This document shows positions 29,680 to 38,459 of a DNA stretch of 64,000 nt, piece by piece. Within the stretch, counting starts at the first letter, position 1. Every line of letters starts with the position of its first letter. The DNA is from Thermoplasmatota archaeon (GTDB lineage: Archaea > Thermoplasmatota > E2 > DHVEG-1). The stretch spans positions 558 to 64,557 of the forward strand of contig JAWOGM010000054.1 of the NCBI GenBank assembly GCA_046496795.1. The letters are read 5' to 3'. Under the pieces are notes generated by a model, which did not search any database, was not told the origin of the DNA, and was given only the letters and a program-made list of their open reading frames with translations. Made by a program: the position numbers and the translations under genes.

Positions 29680-31080
29680 TTGTTTTTAGTTATCTTTTTA
29701 TGTCGAAATTCTATGACAGACATAAGAGGATTTTATATGAGCAAAACTGAATCAGCATATGCCTATAAAAAAAAATCAGCCTGGGAAAACTTTACAAAAG
29801 ATCAAATAAAAAAAGCATTTGATTTCTCTGAAGAATATAAAACTTTTTTAAAGGATTGTAAAACAGAACGTGAGGCCATACAAAAAATCAAAAAATATGC
29901 AACTGCAGCAAAAAAAAACATTATTATCAACCAAGAAAAAGAAGCTGCAATCATTATCCCCGGGAAAAAACCAATATCAGAAGGGCTACGCATTGTAATA
30001 TCTCATATCGATAGCCCTCGACTTGATCTTAAACAAATACCTCTTTTTGAGGATTCAGATAGCAATATTGGTTTATTTGAAACCCATTATTACGGCGGTA
30101 TAAAAAAATTCCAATGGGTTGTTATACCACTAGCACTTCATGGCGTTGTAATAAGAAAAGATGGTGAAAAAATAACATTTAGTATCGGGGAGAATGCATC
30201 AGATCCTGTTTTTTCTGTCCCAGATTTACTCCCACATTTATCTCATGAAATACAAGACAATAAAAAACTTGATGATGCAATAAAAGCAGAAAGCCTTGAT
30301 ATAATAGTTGGCAGCATACCTTTAAAAGGAGAATATAAAGAAAAAATAAAGACAGCAATCCTTGAAAAATTGCACAAAGATTATGGAATTATTGAGGAGG
30401 ATTTTGTTTCTGCAGAACTTGAGGCAGTTCCTGCGTTTCAACCAAGAGATATAGGTTTTGATCGTTCATTAATCGGAGCGTACGGTCAAGATGACAAAGC
30501 ATCAGCATATCCTGCTTTACAAGCAATCCTAAATGTACAAAACCCAACATATACAGCAATATCATTATTTGTCGATAAAGAAGAAATCGGAAGTGAAGGA
30601 AGTGCAACTGCTCAAGTTACTACTTTTCTTCGATCAGTTATCAAAGAACTAGATCCAACAGCTGATGTTGATAAGGTAATGTTGGAATCAAAAGTCATCT
30701 CAGCAGATGTCAATGCTGCTGTCACTCCAAATTATACTGAAGCATTTGAATTAAAAAATGCATCTGTGTTAGGAAAAGGAGTGGTTATGTCAAAATATAC
30801 CGGTCATGGTGGAAAATATTCTGCTAATGATGCATCTGCTGAATATGTCGCAGAGATACGAACTATGTTAAACAACGAAAAAGTACCATGGCAGACAGGG
30901 GAGCTTGGAAAAGTAGGTAAAGGCGGCGGAGGAACCGTTGCAAAATACTTTTCAAGGCTAGGAATGCAAGTTCTTGATTTAGGACCTGCTGTGCTGTCCA
31001 TGCACTCACCCTATGAAGTCACCAGCAAAGCAGATATCTATGCTACCTATCTTGCATATCATGGATTTTTAAAGCACTAA
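29680..31080 (+). CDS. M18 family aminopeptidase (aspartyl aminopeptidase-like)
   Basis: Metal ligand motifs 'ISHIDSPRL', 'GQDDKAS', 'DKEEIGSEGS' and C-terminal 'SMHSPYEV'. The likely true start is the internal 'MSKTESAY' near 29737. Confidence 0.8.
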   Translation: MFLVIFLCRNSMTDIRGFYMSKTESAYAYKKKSAWENFTKDQIKKAFDFSEEYKTFLKDCKTEREAIQKIKKYATAAKKNIIINQEKEAAIIIPGKKPISEGLRIVISHIDSPRLDLKQIPLFEDSDSNIGLFETHYYGGIKKFQWVVIPLALHGVVIRKDGEKITFSIGENASDPVFSVPDLLPHLSHEIQDNKKLDDAIKAESLDIIVGSIPLKGEYKEKIKTAILEKLHKDYGIIEEDFVSAELEAVPAFQPRDIGFDRSLIGAYGQDDKASAYPALQAILNVQNPTYTAISLFVDKEEIGSEGSATAQVTTFLRSVIKELDPTADVDKVMLESKVISADVNAAVTPNYTEAFELKNASVLGKGVVMSKYTGHGGKYSANDASAEYVAEIRTMLNNEKVPWQTGELGKVGKGGGGTVAKYFSRLGMQVLDLGPAVLSMHSPYEVTSKADIYATYLAYHGFLKH

Positions 31081-32702
31081 AAAAACCGATCTTTCATATA
31101 ACTCATAGCGCTTTTAAAACCATTCTGACAATACTGATGATCGCACGTTTTTTCAATCTTACCACTCAGAGGAAGACCTGCGAGATGCATCATAGGAATT
31201 GTTGCCTTTTTACCATGCTTCCATCGGGCATAAAACCAATGGGAAAAGAAAAAAACGGGGCTATAAATCCAGCGTAAATCAGGAGTCCAAAAATCAATAT
31301 TATTTTTCCAGCAACGAGCAAGAACCTCCCATTGCAACTCGCTAAGATTAGAAAGATTTGTTCTACTGCAGTTTCCTAAAAGTGCGTCTTTTAAAGGAAT
31401 GAATAAAACAGGAGTGTAAAACATTCTAGCGTTATGTGCTTTTAAATCATCAATAAGATTTAATGTAGCAAGAACATCCTCTTCAGTTTCTTGGGGTTGA
31501 CCAGTCATAATCGTACACAGCGGCCACCAATCATGATCATTCATCAATCCCAGGCCTTGAATCACAAGCTCAGGCCAGTTATCAACACTAAAAGGAAGGG
31601 CTTTTCCTTTCATGTATTTTTTCATAAGCCTAACGCTTCCTGATTCAATACCTACTTCAACAGAGATAAACGGTTGTTTATGTTTCTTACTTTTTTGAGG
31701 ATTCCAGCGTGTTTTTTCAATAAGAATTGGCGTTAACTCTTCTAAGATTTTTTCATCATAGATAATTGGTGCAAATGAAGCATGCGACAATAAAATATAT
31801 TCAACACCAGGATACGATGCAATTGTTTTATACAGTTTCACAATTTCTTCTCTATTAGGGATAAAACCCGGATGAGATTTATAAAGAAAGATATCTTCAG
31901 TTACCGTAAATATCGAATTTTGTCCTTCTTTGATGTTTACCTCGACTTCTTTCATAATATGATCAAGAGGAAAAGAATATTTTTGTTTCATGGTTGGGCT
32001 GCAGAAATGACATCCTCGTCCACAACCGCGCATGGTTTCAACCATTCCATAGCAGGCAGCATGTTTGATACAAGGAGTTGTTTCATTGTTTTGTTTTTTT
32101 GATTCAATGATAGTTGGAAGAGGCGTATTATTAAGGGCTTTGGTAAATACTTCAATGATTTCTTGTTGACCATCTCCATAAAACAACGAATCTATACCTA
32201 GTTGTTGCTGCATCTGAGCATCGTTTATCTGCCAAGAACCTTGTCCACCCACAATTATTTTTGGTTTATACTGTTGAATTGAGGGATGATTGAGCATTTT
32301 TTTAAATTCTGCCGCGTTTAATGCTTCGCCACCAAATCCAATTAATGAATTATAGGTTGTTGAAACATAAGCAAGACCCATAGGATCCATCGTAGAGATA
32401 CCCACAGCTTTTGTGTTTTTTCCGATAAATTTATCAAGATTATCATAATGAGAAACAACAACAGTATCTTCACCAAAAGCATCAGTCAGTATTGATTCTA
32501 TTTTTCGTAGTCCATAGATAGTGTTTTTTGCTGTGCCGTCCTTGTTAGATTTTAAGTTGTTGAGATGTTCTTTTAACACATAGCCTGAAAGTTTTTGTGG
32601 AAAGGTACAAATAAATGCTGAAAAAGGATTATTATCGTATTCATTGGCCTCTGCTCTGGAGGCAGTAAGAACAATAGGATACCCACCTTCTTTTGTATTC
32701 AT
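31077..32702 (-). CDS. B12-binding domain radical SAM protein
   Basis: N-terminal Rossmann-like B12-binding region, then 'MRGCGRGCHFCSP' (CxxxCxxC). Length 541 aa. Confidence 0.8.
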   Translation of the reverse strand: MNTKEGGYPIVLTASRAEANEYDNNPFSAFICTFPQKLSGYVLKEHLNNLKSNKDGTAKNTIYGLRKIESILTDAFGEDTVVVSHYDNLDKFIGKNTKAVGISTMDPMGLAYVSTTYNSLIGFGGEALNAAEFKKMLNHPSIQQYKPKIIVGGQGSWQINDAQMQQQLGIDSLFYGDGQQEIIEVFTKALNNTPLPTIIESKKQNNETTPCIKHAACYGMVETMRGCGRGCHFCSPTMKQKYSFPLDHIMKEVEVNIKEGQNSIFTVTEDIFLYKSHPGFIPNREEIVKLYKTIASYPGVEYILLSHASFAPIIYDEKILEELTPILIEKTRWNPQKSKKHKQPFISVEVGIESGSVRLMKKYMKGKALPFSVDNWPELVIQGLGLMNDHDWWPLCTIMTGQPQETEEDVLATLNLIDDLKAHNARMFYTPVLFIPLKDALLGNCSRTNLSNLSELQWEVLARCWKNNIDFWTPDLRWIYSPVFFFSHWFYARWKHGKKATIPMMHLAGLPLSGKIEKTCDHQYCQNGFKSAMSYMKDRFF

Positions 32703-32717
32703 CGTTTAATCTCTCCT

Positions 32718-33038
32718 TTAATATGATTGAATTATTTTTTTAAACACAGGGTCTTTTATTGTTTTTTGTATTTCTATAAGAAACTCTTTCCAGGATATGG
32801 TATTCCAGGACCATTGTATCATTTCTTTTTTATGTAGTGATAGTATTTTTAGAAAACTTTGCCAGGAATACCCCATTTCCTTTAAGGGTGTTGACCATCC
32901 TGCTTCTTTCCAAAGATAACTAGGTAGTCGATTGCCAAACCATAGGATGATGCCATCTATATCCCAACTTTTATCTGTTTTTTGTTGGTTTGTTTGTTTT
33001 TTAAGCAGTAATGGTTCTGGTGGTATGCTTAGATTCAT
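32718..33038 (-). CDS. Trp-rich small protein of unknown function, immediately upstream of the B12-rSAM gene
   Basis: 106 aa with 8 Trp ('ILWFGNRLPSYLWKEAGWS...QWSWNTISWKEF'). A 15-nt gap separates it from the rSAM start on the same strand. Confidence 0.35.
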   Translation of the reverse strand: MNLSIPPEPLLLKKQTNQQKTDKSWDIDGIILWFGNRLPSYLWKEAGWSTPLKEMGYSWQSFLKILSLHKKEMIQWSWNTISWKEFLIEIQKTIKDPVFKKIIQSY

Positions 33039-33249
33039 TATTTAACCCCTTAGTACTATGTAGTTGGTATATGGTATTGAAAACTAGTTTTTATGTTTTT
33101 ATAAAAAAAATGAAGCACAATACTAATTACTTGTTTTACTCTACCACGGAATCAATAAGAGAGTTGTATGTTAGATTAATAACTAATATGTAACAGTGAA
33201 TTTTTTGTGCAATAGCAAGTATATGTACAAAGCCATTATTGTAGAAAAC

Positions 33250-33299
33250 TATATAAAAAGAATTTTCTATATACGTATTAATACGTGTTAAAACGTATT
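33250..33299 (+). promoter_or_regulatory. Archaeal promoter: TATA box (ctatataaaaag) followed by a perfect 14-bp palindrome ACGTATTAATACGT (33273-33286) and a third ACGTAT half-site (33294-33299)
   Basis: Read directly from the sequence. The TATA lies ~50 nt upstream of the ATG at 33313. The palindrome sits where a repressor would block TFB/RNAP or the TSS. Confidence 0.4.
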
Positions 33300-33312
33300 T
33301 GGATGTGAATAT

Positions 33313-33552
33313 ATGAAAAAAGGAATAACCATAGGATTTTCAATGCTGATACTTGCTATAATCCTCTGGATAGCATATGGATTATACATCGGCTTTGAAG
33401 AAATATTACAAGCCCTTGATATCATCACAGGACTCTTAACAGGATTGGTAGTGGTAGGAATTATTATATTATTTCTGTCAATCATTTTCGAACAACGTGA
33501 TGATACAAAAAAAATGAAACAAAAAATAAACAAGGAGGATTTAGAACCATGA
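33313..33552 (+). CDS. Small two-TM membrane protein
   Basis: Two hydrophobic helices and a charged C-terminus. Its stop overlaps the YbjQ start (ATGA). Confidence 0.4.
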   Translation: MKKGITIGFSMLILAIILWIAYGLYIGFEEILQALDIITGLLTGLVVVGIIILFLSIIFEQRDDTKKMKQKINKEDLEP

Positions 33553-33863
33553 TACTAACAACAACCGACTTTATAACAGGGAAAGAAATCAAAGAAATAT
33601 TAGGCCTTGTCAGAGGAAACACCATACAGGCAAAAAGCATTGGCAAAGATTTCAAAGCAGGACTACGCCACATTGCCGGTGGAGAAATAAAAGAATATAC
33701 AAGTATGCTTGCAGAATCACGAGAAATCGCCTTAAAAAGAATGGAAGAAAAAGCACAGAAAATCAATGCAGATGCCGTCATCAACATACGATTTATGACC
33801 TCATCAATTATGGGTGGAGCAGCAGAAATACTTGCCTATGGAACAGCAGTAAAACTAAAGTGA
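33549..33863 (+). CDS. YbjQ/UPF0145 (DUF74) family protein, copy A
   Basis: Whole-length resemblance to the UPF0145 family: 'ITGKEIKEILGLVRGNTIQAKSIGKDF...ADAVINIRF...GAAEILAYGTAVKL'. Confidence 0.8.
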   Translation: MILTTTDFITGKEIKEILGLVRGNTIQAKSIGKDFKAGLRHIAGGEIKEYTSMLAESREIALKRMEEKAQKINADAVINIRFMTSSIMGGAAEILAYGTAVKLK

Positions 33864-33967
33864 ACCAATGAACATTAAAAACTATTCCTTCATCATTTTT
33901 TTGGGGATTGCTTCCCCTTATTTTTGGAGTGGCATCTCTATTGAATATTGAATAAAGGTGAGTTAAC

Positions 33968-35053
33968 ATGAAAATCGAAAAAAAATTACGCTGCCCAAAT
34001 TGTAAAAAAGTATCCAAATTCTTAGGTAATCCTGGAGAGATACTAGAAATTACGTGCCCACATTGCAGCACAAAAGGAAAAATAGCGCTTGAAGACCCTC
34101 TGCTATCAACAAAAAATACTATAATTTCCGTAAAAAACATCTCAAAAAAATACAAAGATGTCCTAGCCGTACATAATGTTTCTTTTACTATAAACAAAGG
34201 AGAGATCTTTGGCTATATTGGACCAAATGGAGCGGGAAAGACCACGACTATAAAAATGATGATAGGGCTATTACATCAAACAAGCGGAGAGATATCTATC
34301 AATGGATTACAGATGCCAAAACAAAAAGAACAAGCACATCGGTTTATTGGCTATATGCCACAGTATGCAGGATTTCAACAGTGGCGAACAGTAAACCAGG
34401 CTCTCTTGACATTTGGGAAGTTATCAGGTGTGGAAAATAATGTGCTTCAACAACGCATTGATGAAGCGTTACATCTACTAGGTCTTATGAAATATAAAAA
34501 CAAAAAAATCTCAAAATTATCTGGAGGGACAATTCAAAAAGTTGGAATTGCTCAAGCATTACTTCACAATCCAAGTCTTTTAATTCTAGACGAACCCTTA
34601 AGTGGTCTTGATCCAGATAGTAGGTATCAAGTGAAAAAGATACTAAAACAATTAAGTAATAATGGAACAACAGTCTTTTTTTCCTCCCATATTTTGTCAG
34701 ATTTACAAGACATAGCATCAAAAATCTGTATTATTGATTGGGGGAAAATGATAAAAATCGGATCGTTAAACGATTTAAAAGTAGAATTTTCAAAGGAGAA
34801 TCAAATAGAAATTATATTTTCAAAAAAAACTGATGAATACAAGAACATACAAAAAATCACTGCAGTCAAAGAAATCATAGAAATTTCAAATGAAAGATAT
34901 ATCATACAACTTGACAAAAATGCAGATTCAGATGCCGTTACTAATGAAATAATTACAATGCTTATGGAAAATAACTGTATGATTAGAAGTATAACACCAG
35001 TAAGTCCTTCACTAGATGAAATGTATCAATATTATCTGAGAAAAGGAGGGTAA
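33968..35053 (+). CDS. ABC transporter ATP-binding protein with an N-terminal zinc-ribbon extension
   Basis: 'CPNCKK...CPHCSTKGK' zinc ribbon, then Walker A 'GPNGAGKTT', the 'LSGGTIQKV' signature, Walker B 'LILDEP', and a C-terminal extension. Confidence 0.8.
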   Translation: MKIEKKLRCPNCKKVSKFLGNPGEILEITCPHCSTKGKIALEDPLLSTKNTIISVKNISKKYKDVLAVHNVSFTINKGEIFGYIGPNGAGKTTTIKMMIGLLHQTSGEISINGLQMPKQKEQAHRFIGYMPQYAGFQQWRTVNQALLTFGKLSGVENNVLQQRIDEALHLLGLMKYKNKKISKLSGGTIQKVGIAQALLHNPSLLILDEPLSGLDPDSRYQVKKILKQLSNNGTTVFFSSHILSDLQDIASKICIIDWGKMIKIGSLNDLKVEFSKENQIEIIFSKKTDEYKNIQKITAVKEIIEISNERYIIQLDKNADSDAVTNEIITMLMENNCMIRSITPVSPSLDEMYQYYLRKGG

Positions 35054-35057
35054 ATCA

Positions 35058-35717
35058 ATGAGTTTTTCGTTAATATTAAAAGATGAGTTCAAAGGGTTTT
35101 ACAAATCAAAAGTTATGATATTTTTATGGACTGGACTACCACTATTAGCAGTCATCCTTCATCTATTTATAACTGATGATTCCATCCCAATGTCTACCAT
35201 CACCGCAATAGTTGTATCAAACATTGGTGGATTACTCGCTGCGGTAATGATAACAGTAAACATTATTAATGAAAAAGATACCAGAGTTTTTGACTTATTT
35301 TTAATAAGACCACTGAAACGCTGGCATCTCCTGCTCTCAAAATTTTTAGCGGTTTTTATCTGCGTATCAATAGCAGGTCTTCTCGCAGTAAGCGTTGGCA
35401 TAGGAGTTGATTTTTTTCAATCAGCCCTACCCTTTGAACAAATTCTTCGAAATGTCATTGATCCGTTCATCATGACCTTATCAATCATTGCAATATCTAG
35501 TGCTACAGGCATACTCTTTGGCGTGATAGCTCCATCAATTCTCGTTGGAGTAATACTAGTGATATTTATAGGAAATTACATATCCTCTATACCTTCAATT
35601 ATCCCTCTTGTACTTGAAATAAATAATCCTGTTAATTATGTGTTAGCAGTAGGACTACTCTGTACCATTGTTTTATTAGGTTTAGGAGTCTATTTATTTA
35701 ACAAAAAGGAGTTTTAA
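35058..35717 (+). CDS. ABC-2-type transporter permease (6 TM)
   Basis: Six hydrophobic helices. Immediately downstream of the ATPase; its stop overlaps the next start. Confidence 0.5.
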   Translation: MSFSLILKDEFKGFYKSKVMIFLWTGLPLLAVILHLFITDDSIPMSTITAIVVSNIGGLLAAVMITVNIINEKDTRVFDLFLIRPLKRWHLLLSKFLAVFICVSIAGLLAVSVGIGVDFFQSALPFEQILRNVIDPFIMTLSIIAISSATGILFGVIAPSILVGVILVIFIGNYISSIPSIIPLVLEINNPVNYVLAVGLLCTIVLLGLGVYLFNKKEF

Positions 35718-35932
35718 TGAAAAAAGTAACCATAACATTGAGTAATGAGACGTGGAAATGGTGGAAAAACAACCCATGGATAAATCTCTCACAACTCACC
35801 GAACGAGAACTTAATAGAATACAAGCCTTAGAAGAACGAGTCCATGGAATATGTCCCACTTGTGGAAATGCAAAACTTCGCTTTAATGGAAAAATATATC
35901 GATGCTCAAAATGTGGATATGAATATAAATAA
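35717..35932 (+). CDS. Small zinc-ribbon protein (possible RHH-like N-terminus)
   Basis: 'CPTCGNAKLRFNGKIYRCSKCGYEYK' is a C4 zinc ribbon. The N-terminal 'KVTITLSNETWKWW' is beta-strand-like. Confidence 0.5.
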   Translation: MKKVTITLSNETWKWWKNNPWINLSQLTERELNRIQALEERVHGICPTCGNAKLRFNGKIYRCSKCGYEYK

Positions 35933-36006
35933 AAAATAATCAACAATACCTTAAAAAATAAAAAAATTCAAAAATTAATAAAAGAAAACAGAAAAGAGGC
36001 ATACCT

Positions 36007-36321
36007 ATGATGGTAACAACAACAGAACAAATCCCTGGTAGAGATGTAAAAGAAGTATTAGGAGTCGTCTTTGGAAGTTGCGTACAAATGAAACATATCG
36101 GAAAAGACATACGAGCAGCAGGAAGAACACTCATTGGAGGAGAAGCTAAAGGATATACAGAACTCATGGAAGAATCACGCAGAACAGCAATGCAACGGAT
36201 GATAGATGATGCTAAAAAACTTGGTGCTGACGCTGTCATTGGTATGAGATATGCAACAGCACAAACCATGCATGGTGCCGCAGAGCTCATCGCATTTGGA
36301 ACAGCAGTGAAAACACACTAA
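36007..36321 (+). CDS. YbjQ/UPF0145 (DUF74) family protein, copy B
   Basis: Paralog of 33549..33863: 'IPGRDVKEVLGVVFGSCVQMKHIGKDI...ADAVIGMRY...GAAELIAFGTAVK'. Confidence 0.8.
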   Translation: MMVTTTEQIPGRDVKEVLGVVFGSCVQMKHIGKDIRAAGRTLIGGEAKGYTELMEESRRTAMQRMIDDAKKLGADAVIGMRYATAQTMHGAAELIAFGTAVKTH

Positions 36322-36336
36322 ACAAAAGGTGTAAGC

Positions 36337-37047
36337 ATGCCAGTTGTTGAAGTAAAAAATCTTTTAAAAACATTTGGATCAACACAAGCAGTCAACAAAA
36401 TCTCATTTACCGTTAACAAAGGAGAAATCTTTGGCCTTATTGGACCAAACGGTGCCGGAAAAACAACAGCCTTACGAATCATTTCAACCCTTCTTCAAAT
36501 AACTTCAGGGGACGTAACTATTTTAGGATATGACGCGAAAAAAAAACCAGACCAAATCCGAAAAGTTATTAGCTACCTACCCGAGGATGCAGGAGCATAT
36601 AAAAATTTAACAGGAAGAACATATCTGCGGTTCATCGCCTGTTTTTTTGAAAAAAAACCAGAAGACATAATATCTAGAGGAATAACCATTGCAGATCTTG
36701 GCGACAGAATTGATGATAAAGTAGACACCTACAGTAAAGGAATGAAACGGCGATTATTAGTAGCTAGAGCATTAATGATACAACCAAAACTAGCAATTCT
36801 AGATGAACCGACATCAGGATTGGATGTCATAAACGCCCAAGAAATACGAAAAATAATAAAAAATACCGCAAAAAGCGGGGCTGCTGTTCTTCTTTCCTCT
36901 CACAATATGCTTGAAGTAGAATTCCTCTGCGATAGAATTGCACTTATCGCACAGGGAAGAATCGTTGAAGAAGGAGCGCCAAATAAACTCTTAGACCGTT
37001 ACAATGCAAATAACATTGAAGAAGTGTTTGTGAAGGCGGTTTCATGA
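36337..37047 (+). CDS. ABC transporter ATP-binding protein
   Basis: Walker A 'GPNGAGKTT', signature 'YSKGMKRRL', Walker B 'AILDEPTSGLD', H-loop 'SSHNM'. Confidence 0.85.
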   Translation: MPVVEVKNLLKTFGSTQAVNKISFTVNKGEIFGLIGPNGAGKTTALRIISTLLQITSGDVTILGYDAKKKPDQIRKVISYLPEDAGAYKNLTGRTYLRFIACFFEKKPEDIISRGITIADLGDRIDDKVDTYSKGMKRRLLVARALMIQPKLAILDEPTSGLDVINAQEIRKIIKNTAKSGAAVLLSSHNMLEVEFLCDRIALIAQGRIVEEGAPNKLLDRYNANNIEEVFVKAVS

Positions 37048-38327
37048 GCGCACTTACAAATATTTTTAAAAAAGAATTAAAAGAACTTTTAACACCTGCA
37101 GCAATATTACCCATAGTAGTACTTGCTATATTATTTGGCTCAATTGGTAGTTCAATGGAAGGAATTCAATCGGGACTTGAAGAAAAACCAATAATAGGAG
37201 TCATCAATGAAGATAGTGGTAATTTTTCTAAATTAGCAAATTCAATAATAAATAATCACTCCAGAGTCATTTATAACTCAACTGATAGTGCTGATAAACA
37301 ACAAGCCCTTGAACAAATAACAGCTGAGCAGGGATTGGCCTTACTTATTATTCCGCAAAATTTCTCTAAAAATATTTACAATAATACTCAAGGCCAAATC
37401 GATATCTATTGGATAATGAGAGGAGCAGGAATTTTTGATACCATATCCTCAGAAACAGTGCAAGCAATTATTTCAATAATTAACAGAGAAATATCAAGAT
37501 ATCTCATTGATCAAAATACAACAATTAACGCAAGTATTGTGTTATCGCCCACCGTTAAAACCGATACAACCTACTTTAAAGACAGAGTAATTCATCTCCC
37601 TCCAACAACAATTTCAGGGATGCTCTCATCGCAATCACTTCTTATCCCAATTGTGATTATGATGATCATAATAATGGCAGGAAGCATGGTCATCTCATCA
37701 ATGGCCTTGGAAAAAGAGAATAAAACACTTGAAACACTATTGACCCTACCCATAAAACGAACAAGTATTGTAACTGGAAAAATTGCTGCAAGTGCATTAA
37801 TAGGACTGTTATTTGCAGTGGTTTATATGATTGGGATGAGTCGATACTTTCAAGGAATGCAATTTTCAGATTCAATAAATCTTGCAGATTTTAATTTAGC
37901 GTTAACTTCGTCAGATTTTTTGTTAATAGGAATATCTCTTTTTATCACCCTGATCGCAGCGTTATCTCTTTGTATGCTTCTTGGAACCATGGCTAAAAAT
38001 TACAAAAGCGCACAAACACTAACATTTCCCATCACCATGCTTGCAATGATTCCCATGTTTATTACTATGTTTACTGATTTTGACACCTTACCCCTGGCTT
38101 TAAAAACCGTTATTTATGCAATACCGTTTTCTCATCCCATGATTGCCCCAAAAGCATTAATATTTAATGATTATAGCCTTGTAATTAGCGGAATTATCTA
38201 CGTATCACTATTTGCTCTTGTAACTATTTTTATCGTTGTATGGTTGTTTAAAACAGATAGAATACTTACCGGCAGTACAAAAAAAAATTGGAAAAATATA
38301 TTTACAAAAAGAACAAAAGAAGAGTAA
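37044..38327 (+). CDS. ABC-2 family exporter permease with a large extracytoplasmic loop
   Basis: N-terminal TM helix, a ~150-aa loop, then 5 TM helices. Start overlaps the ATPase stop. Confidence 0.6.
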   Translation: MSALTNIFKKELKELLTPAAILPIVVLAILFGSIGSSMEGIQSGLEEKPIIGVINEDSGNFSKLANSIINNHSRVIYNSTDSADKQQALEQITAEQGLALLIIPQNFSKNIYNNTQGQIDIYWIMRGAGIFDTISSETVQAIISIINREISRYLIDQNTTINASIVLSPTVKTDTTYFKDRVIHLPPTTISGMLSSQSLLIPIVIMMIIIMAGSMVISSMALEKENKTLETLLTLPIKRTSIVTGKIAASALIGLLFAVVYMIGMSRYFQGMQFSDSINLADFNLALTSSDFLLIGISLFITLIAALSLCMLLGTMAKNYKSAQTLTFPITMLAMIPMFITMFTDFDTLPLALKTVIYAIPFSHPMIAPKALIFNDYSLVISGIIYVSLFALVTIFIVVWLFKTDRILTGSTKKNWKNIFTKRTKEE

Positions 38328-38459
38328 TATACCAAAACAATAAAATAAATTATTTGATTATTACATAGAGGAACATATATATAATTTTCTATGGAAAAGT
38401 TTAAATAAAAATTCAACATAATGATATATATAAAAAAAAATTTAGGGAGGAAATAAAAC

